64,000 nt of DNA from sequence record AP019521.1. The stretch is one strand, 5' to 3'. The position numbers were made by a program, and so were the translations under genes. The notes beneath the pieces were generated by a model, which saw nothing but the letters and a program-made list of their open reading frames with translations, ran no database searches and had not been told where the DNA came from. Source of the stretch: Escherichia phage KIT01. Position 1 is the stretch's first letter, and each line of letters opens with the position of its first letter. Positions 28,740 to 41,778 of the stretch are shown here, piece after piece.

Positions 28740-29513
28740 ATGGCTACTTTCGATTCGAGTTTATTTGCCAAGCTGGAAAATAACACTGGTTATGCTAACA
28801 CGAACGAAACTGAAATAATGAATCCGTTCGTCAACTTCTACAAGCACGAGAATACCCAAACATTGGCTGATGCTTTAGTTGCTGAGTCTATTCAAATGCG
28901 TGGTATTGAGCTTTATTATATACCACGTGAATACGTTAATCCAGACCAGCTATTTGGCGAAGACCTTCAGAACAAATTTACTAAAGCCTGGAAATTTGCA
29001 GGTTATTTGGATTCCTTTGAAGGTTATTCCGGTGACAATACTTATTTCAGTAAGTTCGGTATGATGGTTAATGATGAAGTAACAATCACAATTAACCCTA
29101 ACCTTTTTAAACATCAATGCAATGGCACTGAACCTGTTTCAGGTGATTTGATTTATTTCCCAATGGACAACAGCCTATTCGAAATTAACTGGGTACAACC
29201 TTACGACCCGTTCTATCAAGTAGGAGCTAACGTCCAGCGTCGCATCACCGCTACCAAGTTCATTTACAATGGTGAAGAGCTTCGTCCTGAATTACAGAGA
29301 AATGAAGGTATTAATATTCCTGAGTTTAGTGAGCTTGATTTAATGCCTGTTAAGAATATCGACGGATTGGCTGATATCTCCGACATTCAATATGAAGAGG
29401 TCAATGAGATTAATGCTGAAGCGGCTGAATTCGTACATCCATATGTTGTAATTAATGGGCGAGGAGAGGATGCTCCTCCTACAGCATTTGATGATGCTTT
29501 TTTAGATGATTAA
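28740..29513 (+). CDS. 14: gp14 neck protein
   Basis: 257 aa (T4 256). Confidence 0.9.
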   Translation: MATFDSSLFAKLENNTGYANTNETEIMNPFVNFYKHENTQTLADALVAESIQMRGIELYYIPREYVNPDQLFGEDLQNKFTKAWKFAGYLDSFEGYSGDNTYFSKFGMMVNDEVTITINPNLFKHQCNGTEPVSGDLIYFPMDNSLFEINWVQPYDPFYQVGANVQRRITATKFIYNGEELRPELQRNEGINIPEFSELDLMPVKNIDGLADISDIQYEEVNEINAEAAEFVHPYVVINGRGEDAPPTAFDDAFLDD

Positions 29514-29522
29514 ATAACTTCT

Positions 29523-30110
29523 ATGATAGAAGAAAAAGTAGGATTATGGCTTGGGGATTTGACAGATGAATATCTGGCGGTGGTCTCCAAGCCACCTAAA
29601 ACAGAATACACCGAAAAACATCATATTCTCCCTAGGTCTTTATTTCCAGAATACGAAAACACGCCGGAAAATATAGTTTCTATAGATGTTTTAGACCATC
29701 TAGAAGCGCATGCAATCTTAGCAAAAACAAAAGACCCTAAAATGATTTTAGCCTTTTGGATTATGTTTAGTAGTTCTGAACGTAGAAATTTAAATTTATC
29801 TGAAGAAGAATTAAAAATAAAATACGAAGAAGCCCGTATAGAAATGAAGAGGGTTAAATCAGCCTGGGGCAAAACTCGTATAGGTGAATTGAATCCATTT
29901 TTTGGTAAACACCACGGAGAGTATGCCAAAAAGAGAGCCAGTGAAACCCACAAAGGCAAAAAGCTTTCAGCAGAACATACCATATCCTTTGGACAAGCCC
30001 AAACAGGTGTACCAAAGAGAAAAGTAGAGTGTCCACATTGCCACAAGATGATAGGATACCATCTTATAAATCGTTGGCATAATGATAATTGTAAAATGAG
30101 AGGTGAGTAA
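29523..30110 (+). CDS. HNH homing endonuclease (Mob-like) with C-terminal zinc-finger-like CPHCHK
   Basis: EKHHILPRS..N..HLEAH HNH motif; inserted between gp14 and gp15; stop overlaps gp15 start. Confidence 0.7.
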   Translation: MIEEKVGLWLGDLTDEYLAVVSKPPKTEYTEKHHILPRSLFPEYENTPENIVSIDVLDHLEAHAILAKTKDPKMILAFWIMFSSSERRNLNLSEEELKIKYEEARIEMKRVKSAWGKTRIGELNPFFGKHHGEYAKKRASETHKGKKLSAEHTISFGQAQTGVPKRKVECPHCHKMIGYHLINRWHNDNCKMRGE

Positions 30111-30972
30111 TGTTCGGTCACTTTTATAATAGTTCGCTACGTCGCTATATTGTTTTGATGGGTGATTTATTTTCCCATGTTCAAGTAGCACGTCAAAGAG
30201 AAGATACAGGGCTTAAATTTATTAAGGTTCCTATTACGTATGCTTCTAAAGAAAGATTTATGGCAAATTTAGGTAAATGGACGGCAGTACAGAATATTCC
30301 AAACCCTAATATGTCTCCTAAAGAACGAGCTGAACAAAAGGCTAAAGTGGAAACAGTTCTTCCACGTATGAACCTTCAAATGGTTGATATGCTTTATAAC
30401 TCACAATACAAAACGGCTCTTCAGAACAGAACACAAATTCAATTTGAGAACGGTGACCCGAGAAAACGAGTTAGCCAATATTCTCCTACTCCAGTAAAAA
30501 TGATTTTCGAACTGGGTATTTACACTAGAACCCAAGATGATATGTTCCAAATTGTGGAACAGATTATGCCTTATTTCCAACCTCACTTTAATACAACAAT
30601 CACTGAACTCTATACAAACGAGATTAAATTTGACCGTGATATTCGTATTGTGTTCCAGTCTATTGCAATGGACGAACAATTAGAAGGTGATACCACTTCA
30701 CGTCGTCGCTTAGAATGGTCTATGATGTTTGAGGTTAACGGATGGTTATATCCTCCTGTGAAGGAAATGGAAGGCGAAATTAAAACCATTTATCTTGATT
30801 TCTTTGCTAACTCAAAGGAACTCGCTCCCGAAGGTAATTTTGAATCGGTTGATAGCGAAGTGGTTCCTAGAGGTGTAGAAGAAAAAGAATGGGATGGAAG
30901 TTCCGTTCAAACATATTCACAAGATATTCCAGTGCCTGTCGAGCCAGCGCCTCCAGCACCAAGGAGAAACCC

Positions 30973-30976
<4 letters not shown>
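30110..30976 (+). CDS. 15: gp15 tail sheath stabiliser / tail completion
   Basis: 288 aa (T4 272). Confidence 0.9.
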
Positions 30977-33286
<2,310 letters not shown>

Positions 33287-33315
33287 ACAATAAAGCATAA
33301 CCAAGAGGATTCAAA

Positions 33316-35298
33316 ATGGCTTTATTATCACCGGGCATTGAGCTCAAAGAAACGTCCGTACAGAGTACTGTCGTTCGTAACGCAACGGGTCGTGCAGCGC
33401 TGGTTGGTAAATTCCAGTGGGGCCCTGCTTTCCAGGTAACTCAGATTACTAATGAAGTTGAACTGGTCGACTTATTTGGAGGTCCTAATAACGAAGTTGC
33501 CGATTACTTCATGTCGGGTATGAACTTCCTCCAGTATGGTAACGACCTTCGTACTGTTCGTGTTGTTAACCGTGAATTCGCTAAAAACGCATCTCCGGTA
33601 GCAGGTAACGTCCAAACCACTATTACTACTGCAGGTTCTAACTATGCCGTAGGCGATAAAATTAATATCAAGCACAACCAAACTGTTGTTGAATCCGAAG
33701 GTCGTGTAACTTCAGTAGACACGGATGGTAAAATTCTATCAGTGTTTATTCCTACTGGCAAGATTATTTCTTATGCTCGTTCTCTTAACCAATATCCAGA
33801 CCTTGGGCCTGCATGGACTGCTGAAGTTACTTCAGCTTCTTCGGGTGTGTCCGGTACCATTACGGTCGGTAAAATCGTAACTGATTCCGGTATTCTATTG
33901 ACTGAAGCAGAGAACAGTGAAGAAGCTATTACCTCTCTGGAATTCCAAGCATCTCTTAAACAGTTTGGTATGCCTGGTGTAGTCGCTCTTTATCCTGGTG
34001 AAATTGGTAGTACTCTGGAAGTTGAAATTGTTTCTAAAGCGGCTTATGATGCGGGTTCTAATAAAATGTTGGATATTTATCCAAATGGCGGTACTCGTGC
34101 TTCTGTAGCTAAAGCGGTATTCAACTACGGTCCCCAGTCCGATAACCAGTATGCTATTATTGTTCGTCGTGATGGCGCAATCGTAGAATCCGTCGTACTT
34201 TCTACCAAAGAAGGCGAAAAAGACGTTTATGGTAATAACATTTATCTGGACGATTACTTTGCAAAAGGCACTTCTAATTACATCTATGCCACCTCGTTAA
34301 ACTGGCCTAAAGGCTTCAGTGGTATCATTAATCTGATGGGTGGTGTATCTGCTAACGACCAGGTTACTGCAGGTGATTTGATGCAGGGTTGGGATTTGTT
34401 TGCCGACCGTGAAGCATTACATATCAACCTTCTTATTGCAGGTGCTGTTGCCGGTGAAGGTGATGAAGTTGCTTCTACCGTCCAGAAACACGTTGTTAGT
34501 ATTGCTGATGAACGTCAGGATTGCTTGGCATTTATTTCTCCTCCTAAAGGCCTGTTGGTTAACGTTCCATTGACTCGTGCAGTAGATAATCTTATCGACT
34601 GGCGTACCGGTGCAGGTACTTTCGATACCAACAACATGAACATTAGCACCACTTATGCGGCAATTGACGGTAACTATAAATATCAGTATGACAAATATAA
34701 TGACGTAAACCGTTGGGTGCCTCTGGCCGCTGATATGGCTGGTTTGTGTGCGCGTACAGATGATGTTTCTCAGCCTTGGATGTCTCCGGCCGGTTATAAC
34801 CGTGGTCAGATTCTTAACGTTCTGAAATTGGCAATTGAACCTCGTCAAGCTCAACGTGACCGCATGTACCAAGAAGCTATTAACCCGGTTGTTGGTTTTG
34901 CTGGTGGCGATGGTTTCGTATTGTTTGGTGATAAGACTGCAACTAAAGTTCCATCTCCGATGGACCACATTAACGTTCGCCGTCTGTTCAACATGCTTAA
35001 GAAAAATATCGGTGATGCCTCTAAATATAAACTGTTTGAATTGAACGACAACTTCACTCGTTCAAGCTTCCGTATGGAAGTTTCTCAGTACTTAGATGGT
35101 ATTAAGGCACTTGGTGGGATTTATGAAGGACGTGTGGTTTGTGATACTACGGTGAACACCCCTGTGGTTATCGACCGTAACGAGTTTATTGCTAATATAT
35201 ACGTAAAACCTGCGAGATCGATAAACTACATCACGTTGAACTTCGTTGCAACGAGCACTGGTGCTGATTTTGATGAATTGATTGGACCTTTAGTATAA
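33316..35298 (+). CDS. 18: gp18 contractile tail sheath
   Basis: 660 aa (T4 659); late promoter 33279-33286. Confidence 0.95.
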   Translation: MALLSPGIELKETSVQSTVVRNATGRAALVGKFQWGPAFQVTQITNEVELVDLFGGPNNEVADYFMSGMNFLQYGNDLRTVRVVNREFAKNASPVAGNVQTTITTAGSNYAVGDKINIKHNQTVVESEGRVTSVDTDGKILSVFIPTGKIISYARSLNQYPDLGPAWTAEVTSASSGVSGTITVGKIVTDSGILLTEAENSEEAITSLEFQASLKQFGMPGVVALYPGEIGSTLEVEIVSKAAYDAGSNKMLDIYPNGGTRASVAKAVFNYGPQSDNQYAIIVRRDGAIVESVVLSTKEGEKDVYGNNIYLDDYFAKGTSNYIYATSLNWPKGFSGIINLMGGVSANDQVTAGDLMQGWDLFADREALHINLLIAGAVAGEGDEVASTVQKHVVSIADERQDCLAFISPPKGLLVNVPLTRAVDNLIDWRTGAGTFDTNNMNISTTYAAIDGNYKYQYDKYNDVNRWVPLAADMAGLCARTDDVSQPWMSPAGYNRGQILNVLKLAIEPRQAQRDRMYQEAINPVVGFAGGDGFVLFGDKTATKVPSPMDHINVRRLFNMLKKNIGDASKYKLFELNDNFTRSSFRMEVSQYLDGIKALGGIYEGRVVCDTTVNTPVVIDRNEFIANIYVKPARSINYITLNFVATSTGADFDELIGPLV

Positions 35299-35423
35299 TC
35301 TATTATCCCAGGCTGTAATATAAAGAACCTAAAACCATTATACCATGAGTTTGGTTACAGCGTACATCACGTAGAATTGCGCCTGGGATTGATTATTCTT
35401 TAGGAATATGATTTATCAACTGT

Positions 35424-35431
35424 TATAAATA
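35424..35431 (+). promoter_or_regulatory. late promoter TATAAATA upstream of gp19
   Basis: exact octamer in the 185-nt gp18-gp19 spacer. Confidence 0.6.
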
Positions 35432-35483
35432 AATTAATCAGAACGTTCCTGGTGTGTCCAGGAACTGACTTATGAGGCATCCC

Positions 35484-35975
35484 ATGGAGTTGACAGATAT
35501 CACTCGTGCATTTGAGTCAGGTGACTTTGCACGCCCTAACCTTTTCGAAGTGGAAATTCCATTTCTTGGTAAAAACTTTAGCTTTAAATGTAAAGCAGCA
35601 CCTATGCCAGCAGGCATTGTAGAAAAAGTACCGGTTGGCTACATGAACCGTAAAATTAACGTAGCTGGTGACCGTACGTTTGATGATTGGACCATTACCA
35701 TTTATAACGATGATGCACATGACACTCGTCAAGCAATTGTTGATTGGCAGAATCTCTGTCATGGTATGACCAATGAAATTACCGGTGCAGCACCTGCAGA
35801 ATATAAGAAACAAGCAGTAGTTCGCCAGTTCCATCGTGACGGCAAGACTGTGACCAAAGAAGTTACAATTTACGGCTTATGGCCTACTAACGTTGGTGAA
35901 GTCCAGATGGATTGGGACAGTAACAACGAAGTTGAAACGTTTGAAAGTACGTTCGCTATCGATTGGTGGGAATGA
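35484..35975 (+). CDS. 19: gp19 tail tube
   Basis: ORF 35472..35975 trimmed to second ATG, giving 163 aa (T4 163); DITRAFESGDFARPNLFEVEI matches recalled T4 gp19 N-terminus. Confidence 0.9.
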   Translation: MELTDITRAFESGDFARPNLFEVEIPFLGKNFSFKCKAAPMPAGIVEKVPVGYMNRKINVAGDRTFDDWTITIYNDDAHDTRQAIVDWQNLCHGMTNEITGAAPAEYKKQAVVRQFHRDGKTVTKEVTIYGLWPTNVGEVQMDWDSNNEVETFESTFAIDWWE

Positions 35976-35976
35976 G

Positions 35977-35984
35977 TATAAATA
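35977..35984 (+). promoter_or_regulatory. late promoter TATAAATA upstream of gp20
   Basis: exact octamer. Confidence 0.65.
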
Positions 35985-36032
35985 GAATTATCAAGGAGCT
36001 TCGGCTCCTTATCCCATTCATCGGAGACTCTA

Positions 36033-37607
36033 ATGGCAAACTTTAATACAATATTAAGTTTTCTTAAGCCATGGGCTAATGAAGACGAAAAAGAATATAA
36101 ACAACAAATTAATAACAATTTAGAGTCTGTCACCGCACCTAAGCTTGATGATGGCGCTCGCGAAATTGAGACACAAGAGCAAAATATCCCTTATAATGCT
36201 CTTATGCAACAGATGTTTGGTAGTAATGAGCCTGAAGTTAAAAATACCAGGGAACTTATTGATACCTACCGTAATTTAATGAATAACTACGAAGTCGACA
36301 ACGCTGTACAGGAAATTGTGTCTGACGCTATTGTCTATGAGGATGATAAAGAAGTAGTTGCATTGAATTTAGACGGGACAGAATTTAGTCAAGCAATTAA
36401 AGATAAAATCTTGGCTGAATTCAGTGAAGTTTTAAACCTTTTAAATTTCCAACGTAAAGGCACTGACCATTTCCAACGCTGGTATGTAGACTCAAGAATT
36501 TTCTTTCATAAAATTATAAACCCTAAAAAAATGAAAGATGGCGTACAAGAGCTTCGTCGCTTAGACCCACGCCAAGTCCAATATATTCGTGAAATCGTTA
36601 CACGTATGGAAGATGGTGTTAAAGTTGTAGACGGATATCGCGAGTTTTTCGTTTATGACACAGGTCATGAAAGTTATTGCGCTGATGGACGCATTTATTC
36701 AGCCGGGACTAAAGTTAAAATTCCTCGTGCTGCTGTGGTTTATGCACATTCTGGATTATTGGATTGTTGTGGTAAAAACATCATTGGCTATTTGCAACGT
36801 GCTATTAAGCCTGCAAACCAGCTTAAATTGATGGAAGACGCAATGGTCATCTACCGTATTACACGTGCTCCTGACCGTCGTGTGTTTTATATCGATACAG
36901 GTAATATGCCTTCACGTAAGGCTGCAGCACAAATGCAACATATCATGAACACGATGAAAAACCGTGTGGTGTATGATGCTTCGACAGGTAAAATTAAAAA
37001 CCAACAACACAATATGTCCATGACTGAAGACTATTGGTTGCAACGTCGTGACGGTAAAGCGGTAACAGAAGTTGATACAATGCCAGGTGCTACTGGTATG
37101 AGTGATATGGATGACGTTCTTTATTTCCGCACAGCACTTTACCGTGCACTGCGTATTCCAGAATCACGTATCCCTAGTGAATCTAATTCAGGAGTTATGT
37201 TTGATGCCGGTACAGCAATCACTCGTGATGAGTTGAAATTTGCTAAATGGATTCGTCAGTTACAAAACAAATTTGAAGAAATTTTCCTAGACCCGTTAAA
37301 AACAAACCTCATTCTTAAAAAGATTATTACAGAAGATGAGTGGGAAAAGGAAATAAATAATATTAAAGTTACGTTTAACCGTGATAGCTATTTCAGTGAA
37401 ATGAAAGATGCTGAAATCATGGAACGCAGAATCAATATGCTAACGATGGCTGAACCATTTATTGGTAAGTACATTTCACATCAAACGGCTATGAAAGATT
37501 TCCTCCAAATGACTGACGAAGAAATTAATCAAGAAGCTAAGCAAATTGAAGAAGAGTCTAAAGAGGCTCGTTTCCAAAACCCAGATGAAGAAGAAGAGGA
37601 TTTCTAA
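36033..37607 (+). CDS. 20: gp20 portal vertex protein
   Basis: 524 aa (T4 524). Confidence 0.95.
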   Translation: MANFNTILSFLKPWANEDEKEYKQQINNNLESVTAPKLDDGAREIETQEQNIPYNALMQQMFGSNEPEVKNTRELIDTYRNLMNNYEVDNAVQEIVSDAIVYEDDKEVVALNLDGTEFSQAIKDKILAEFSEVLNLLNFQRKGTDHFQRWYVDSRIFFHKIINPKKMKDGVQELRRLDPRQVQYIREIVTRMEDGVKVVDGYREFFVYDTGHESYCADGRIYSAGTKVKIPRAAVVYAHSGLLDCCGKNIIGYLQRAIKPANQLKLMEDAMVIYRITRAPDRRVFYIDTGNMPSRKAAAQMQHIMNTMKNRVVYDASTGKIKNQQHNMSMTEDYWLQRRDGKAVTEVDTMPGATGMSDMDDVLYFRTALYRALRIPESRIPSESNSGVMFDAGTAITRDELKFAKWIRQLQNKFEEIFLDPLKTNLILKKIITEDEWEKEINNIKVTFNRDSYFSEMKDAEIMERRINMLTMAEPFIGKYISHQTAMKDFLQMTDEEINQEAKQIEEESKEARFQNPDEEEEDF

Positions 37608-37870
37608 TGGAAGATTTAATCGAAGCTATTAAATCAAACGACCTCGTAGCAGTTCGTAAAGCAGCAGGCCCGCTTATCGAATCTCGAGTAGCCGCTTTGA
37701 TTGAAGCCCGTAAAGCAGAAATTGCTCGCTCCGTTATGATTGAAGGCGAAGAAGCCGACGAAGATGACGAAGACGACAAAAAATCCGATAAAGCAGATAA
37801 GAAAGACAAAAAAGAATCTGACGATGCGGATGAAGGTGATGACAAAGACGAAGACGAGGACGACGAATAA
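37607..37870 (+). CDS. 67: gp67 prohead core protein
   Basis: 87 aa, strongly acidic Asp/Glu/Lys C-terminus; position. Confidence 0.8.
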   Translation: MEDLIEAIKSNDLVAVRKAAGPLIESRVAALIEARKAEIARSVMIEGEEADEDDEDDKKSDKADKKDKKESDDADEGDDKDEDEDDE

Positions 37871-38298
37871 TGTTCCTTATCCCTGATGATTACGAATTAA
37901 CTCTAGAAAGCGTAGAGGCTAAAATTCCAGAAGCACAGGGACGTTTTGCTGCTCTTTCTGAAGCGCTCGAGAAAAGCGATATAAATAATCTTGTAGAGAA
38001 CATGATTGCTGAAGGCGATATCGAATGTGCTATCGCTCTTGGTTCTTTAAATGAATCAATGGCTCTTAACGAATTTATCGTTAAACACGTTTCCTCTAAA
38101 GGTGTGCTTACTCGTACTAAAGATATTAAAACCCGTCAACGTAACGCATTCCAAACGACAGGTTTATCTAAAGCAAAACGCCGTCAGATTGCTCGCAAAG
38201 CATCTAAAACCAAACGTGCTAATCCATCTACTCAAGTGCGTGCTGAACGTAAGCGTAAGAAAGCCCGTTCTAAACGTAAAGCTTTTGGACTTAACTAA
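37870..38298 (+). CDS. 68: gp68 prohead core protein
   Basis: 142 aa (T4 141); basic C-terminus. Confidence 0.8.
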   Translation: MFLIPDDYELTLESVEAKIPEAQGRFAALSEALEKSDINNLVENMIAEGDIECAIALGSLNESMALNEFIVKHVSSKGVLTRTKDIKTRQRNAFQTTGLSKAKRRQIARKASKTKRANPSTQVRAERKRKKARSKRKAFGLN

Positions 38299-38933
38299 TG
38301 AAACCTGAATTGCTCATCGAACATTGGGGACAACCAGGTGAAATTATCGATGGGGTTCCTATGTTGGAATCTCATGATGGAAAAAATTCTGGGCTTGCTC
38401 CCGGCCTTTATATAGAAGGCATTTTCATGCAAGCAGAGGTAGTTAACCGTAATAAACGCCTTTACCCAAAACCTATTTTGGAAAAAGCCGTTGCCGATTA
38501 TATGGCTGAACAGGTTGCTACTAAACAAGCTTTAGGAGAATTAAACCACCCACCTCGTGCTAACGTCGACCCTATGCAAGCTGCTATCATTATTGAAGAT
38601 ATGTGGTGGAAAGGTAATGATGTTTATGGACGTGCACGTATCATCGAAGGTGACCATGGCCCGGGTGATAAACTAGCCGCAAATATCCGAGCTGGCTGGG
38701 TTCCTGGTGTTAGTTCTCGCGGTCTTGGTTCTTTAACTGAAACCAATAAAGGATATAAGCGTGTAAACGAAGGTTATAAATTAACCGTCGGTGTTGATGC
38801 AGTATGGGGACCATCTGCTCCTGATGCTTATGTAACTCCAAAGCAAATTACAGAATCACAAACGGTAGAAACCGATACCAGTGCCGATGACGCCTTTATG
38901 GCTCTCGCAGAGGCCATGAAAAAAGCGTTATAA
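38298..38933 (+). CDS. 21: gp21 prohead core protease
   Basis: 211 aa (T4 212); position. Confidence 0.9.
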   Translation: MKPELLIEHWGQPGEIIDGVPMLESHDGKNSGLAPGLYIEGIFMQAEVVNRNKRLYPKPILEKAVADYMAEQVATKQALGELNHPPRANVDPMQAAIIIEDMWWKGNDVYGRARIIEGDHGPGDKLAANIRAGWVPGVSSRGLGSLTETNKGYKRVNEGYKLTVGVDAVWGPSAPDAYVTPKQITESQTVETDTSADDAFMALAEAMKKAL

Positions 38934-38936
38934 ATA
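38929..38936 (+). promoter_or_regulatory. late promoter TATAAATA upstream of gp22
   Basis: exact octamer. Confidence 0.65.
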
Positions 38937-38963
38937 TTATTATCTAAACAACAGGACTACAAA

Positions 38964-39779
38964 ATGCTTAAAGAACAACTGATCGCCGAAGCACAGAATA
39001 TTGATGCTTCCGTTGCTCTTGACAGTATTTTCGAATCAGTTAATATTTCTCCGGAAGCAAAAGAAACTTTCGGCACTGTATTCGAAGCTACCGTCAAGCA
39101 ACACGCCGTGAAACTGGCTGAATCTCACATCGCTAAAATCGCTGAAAAAGCGGAAGAAGAAGTAGAGAAAAATAAAGAAGAAGCTGAAGAAAAAGCCGAT
39201 AAGAAAATCCAAGAAGCTGCCGGTCGTTTCCTTGACCACGTTGCTAAAGAATGGATGGCTGAAAACCAGCTGGCTGTTGATAAAGGTATTAAAGCCGAAC
39301 TGTTCGAATCCATGTTGATGGGTATGAAAGAACTGTTTGTTGAACACAATGTGGTTGTTCCAGAAGAAGCAGTAGATGTTGTTGCTGAAATGGAAGAAGA
39401 GCTCCAAGAGCAGAAAGATGAAACCGCTCGTCTGTTCGAAGAAGTTGGTATGCGCGATGCGTATATTAATTACGTGCAGCGTGAAGTTGCTGTTACGGAA
39501 GCAACTAAAGACCTGACTGAATCTCAAAAAGAAAAAGTTAGTTCTCTGGTAGAAGGCATGGATTATTCCGATGCATTCGGTAAAAAAATTGGCGCTATTG
39601 TTGAAATGGTTAAAGGTCAATCTGACGTTGAAAACCCAATCACCGAAGCCGCTATAAATAAAAATGTAGACGATGCTGCGGCACTGAATTACATTTCAGA
39701 AGCAGTTGAAGAAAAAGGCGCTAAGCCTACCCTGTCCTTCGCGGACCTGTCTGCAATCGCAGCATCACGAATTTCTTAA
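38964..39779 (+). CDS. 22: gp22 prohead core scaffold
   Basis: 271 aa (T4 269); acidic coiled-coil. Confidence 0.9.
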   Translation: MLKEQLIAEAQNIDASVALDSIFESVNISPEAKETFGTVFEATVKQHAVKLAESHIAKIAEKAEEEVEKNKEEAEEKADKKIQEAAGRFLDHVAKEWMAENQLAVDKGIKAELFESMLMGMKELFVEHNVVVPEEAVDVVAEMEEELQEQKDETARLFEEVGMRDAYINYVQREVAVTEATKDLTESQKEKVSSLVEGMDYSDAFGKKIGAIVEMVKGQSDVENPITEAAINKNVDDAAALNYISEAVEEKGAKPTLSFADLSAIAASRIS

Positions 39780-39800
39780 TTTAATAAGGTTATACAACAC

Positions 39801-41360
39801 ATGAAAAAGAATGCATTAGTTCAAAAATGGTCCGCTCTGCTGGAAAACGAAGCCCTTCCTGAAATCGTGGGTGCTTCTAAACAAGCTATCATCGCTAAAA
39901 TTTTCGAAAACCAGGAGCAAGACATCCTGACTGCTCCGGAATACCGTGATGAAAAAATCTCTGAAGCATTTGGTTCTTTCCTGACCGAAGCTGAAATCGG
40001 TGGTGACCACGGTTATGATGCTACCAATATCGCAGCTGGCCAGACTTCTGGTGCTGTAACTCAGATTGGGCCGGCAGTAATGGGTATGGTTCGTCGTGCT
40101 ATTCCTCATCTGATTGCTTTTGATATTTGTGGTGTTCAGCCTCTGAATAACCCTACCGGCCAGGTATTTGCCCTTCGTGCAGTTTATGGTAAAGACCCTA
40201 TCGCTGCTGGCGCTAAAGAAGCTTTCCATCCGATGTATTCTCCGGACTCTATGTTCTCTGGTCAGGGTGCTGCTGAATCTTTCGAAGCACTGGCTGCAAG
40301 CAAAGTTCTGGAAGTTGGTAAAATTTATTCTCACTTCTTCGAAGCTACCGGTGCTGCACACTTCCAGGCTGTTGAAGCCGTAACCGTTGATGCTGCTGCT
40401 ACTGATGCCGCTAAACTGGATGTTGCTGTTACCGCTTTGATTGAAGCTGGTAAGTTGGCTGAATTGGCTGAAGGTATGGCTACTTCTATCGCTGAACTTC
40501 AGGAAGGCTTTAACGGTTCTACCGATAACCCGTGGAACGAAATGGGCTTCCGCATCGACAAACAAGTTATCGAAGCTAAATCCCGTCAGCTGAAAGCAAG
40601 CTACTCTATCGAACTGGCACAGGACCTTCGTGCAGTACACGGTATGGATGCAGATGCTGAACTGTCCGGTATCCTTGCTACCGAAATTATGCTCGAAATC
40701 AACCGTGAAGTTATCGATTGGATTAACTACTCTGCACAGGTTGGTAAATCTGGCCAGACTCAGACCGTTGGTTCTAAAGCTGGTGTGTTTGACTTCCAGG
40801 ACCCGATTGATATCCGTGGTGCTCGTTGGGCCGGTGAGAGCTTTAAAGCCCTTCTGTTCCAGATTGATAAAGAAGCAGCCGAAATCGCTCGTCAGACCGG
40901 TCGTGGTGCTGGTAACTTCATCATCGCTTCCCGTAACGTAGTTAACGTACTGGCTGCAGTTGATACTTCTGTAAGTTATGCAGCTCAAGGTCTGGGTCAA
41001 GGTTTCAACGTTGACACAACCAAAGCAGTATTTGCCGGTGTTCTTGGTGGTAAATATCGCGTTTACATCGACCAGTATGCACGTTCCGATTACTTCACCA
41101 TCGGTTATAAAGGCGCTAACGAAATGGACGCAGGTATCTACTACGCTCCGTACGTTGCACTGACCCCGCTGCGTGGTTCCGATCCGAAGAACTTCCAACC
41201 GGTAATGGGCTTCAAAACTCGTTACGGTATCGGTATCAACCCGTTCGCTGACCCGTCTGCACAGGCTCCTACCAAACGTATTCAGAGCGGTATGCCTGAC
41301 ATCGTTAACAGCCTTGGTCTGAATGGTTACTTCCGTCGCGTATATGTTAAAGGTATCTAA
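39801..41360 (+). CDS. 23: gp23 major capsid protein
   Basis: 519 aa; long stretches identical to recalled T4 gp23 (e.g. SKQAIIAKIFENQE, YAPYVALTPLRGSDPKNFQPVMGFKTRYGIGINPF, FRRVYVKGI). Confidence 0.98.
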   Translation: MKKNALVQKWSALLENEALPEIVGASKQAIIAKIFENQEQDILTAPEYRDEKISEAFGSFLTEAEIGGDHGYDATNIAAGQTSGAVTQIGPAVMGMVRRAIPHLIAFDICGVQPLNNPTGQVFALRAVYGKDPIAAGAKEAFHPMYSPDSMFSGQGAAESFEALAASKVLEVGKIYSHFFEATGAAHFQAVEAVTVDAAATDAAKLDVAVTALIEAGKLAELAEGMATSIAELQEGFNGSTDNPWNEMGFRIDKQVIEAKSRQLKASYSIELAQDLRAVHGMDADAELSGILATEIMLEINREVIDWINYSAQVGKSGQTQTVGSKAGVFDFQDPIDIRGARWAGESFKALLFQIDKEAAEIARQTGRGAGNFIIASRNVVNVLAAVDTSVSYAAQGLGQGFNVDTTKAVFAGVLGGKYRVYIDQYARSDYFTIGYKGANEMDAGIYYAPYVALTPLRGSDPKNFQPVMGFKTRYGIGINPFADPSAQAPTKRIQSGMPDIVNSLGLNGYFRRVYVKGI

Positions 41361-41376
41361 GATATAACCTTATTAT

Positions 41377-41400
41377 GGGAGACTTCGGTCTCCCATTCTT
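41377..41400 (+). terminator. intrinsic terminator after gp23
   Basis: gggagac-TTCG-gtctccc followed by attcttgttt. Confidence 0.6.
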
Positions 41401-41409
41401 GTTTCTGTA

Positions 41410-41676
41410 CTATGCAATCTTAACTCGGCGGTTGATGATATCACGGAAGTCAATACGATTTTCTTGGATTTTCAGCCAGTTACCAGATTTGTCTTTGGTA
41501 TGGGTAGAGTATTCACCGTTCCACCAGAAGTCAGTTTCATAAGCCAGAGCTTCGTATTTCTTAACCAATGCATTAACTGCATTACCGTTAGGATTGGTAC
41601 CGAATTTTTCTACCAGAGCTTTGATGTCTTTGTCAAGGTTAGAAAGCGTGGTACGGATAAAGTTTAATTTGTTCAT
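41410..41676 (-). CDS. hypothetical protein between genes 23 and 24
   Basis: ORF 41410..41691 trimmed to ATG at 41676 behind GAGGAG; early-type promoter upstream. Confidence 0.45.
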   Translation of the reverse strand: MNKLNFIRTTLSNLDKDIKALVEKFGTNPNGNAVNALVKKYEALAYETDFWWNGEYSTHTKDKSGNWLKIQENRIDFRDIINRRVKIA

Positions 41677-41715
41677 TTTTAATCTCCTCATGTTTTGATA
41701 GGTCTATAGTAACAC

Positions 41716-41745
41716 GACGCTTTTTGTGTGTAAACCACTTTTATA
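41716..41745 (-). promoter_or_regulatory. sigma70 early-type promoter (cassette copy)
   Basis: GTTTACA ... TACTATAGACCTATCAAAAC upstream of 41410..41676. Confidence 0.5.
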
Positions 41746-41751
41746 AATAAA

Positions 41752-41759
41752 ATTATATT
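41752..41759 (+). promoter_or_regulatory. late promoter TATAAATA upstream of gp24
   Basis: exact octamer. Confidence 0.65.
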
Positions 41760-41778
41760 CTCAATAAGGAAAATAGCA

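Noticed and set aside
34417-34968. 183-aa minus-strand ORF inside gp18
   Set aside because: Antisense overlap with tail sheath gene; no supporting signals.
39816-41198. 460-aa minus-strand ORF lying entirely inside the gp23 major capsid gene
   Set aside because: Antisense to a gene whose protein sequence is unambiguous; no RBS; low-complexity translation typical of an open antisense frame.
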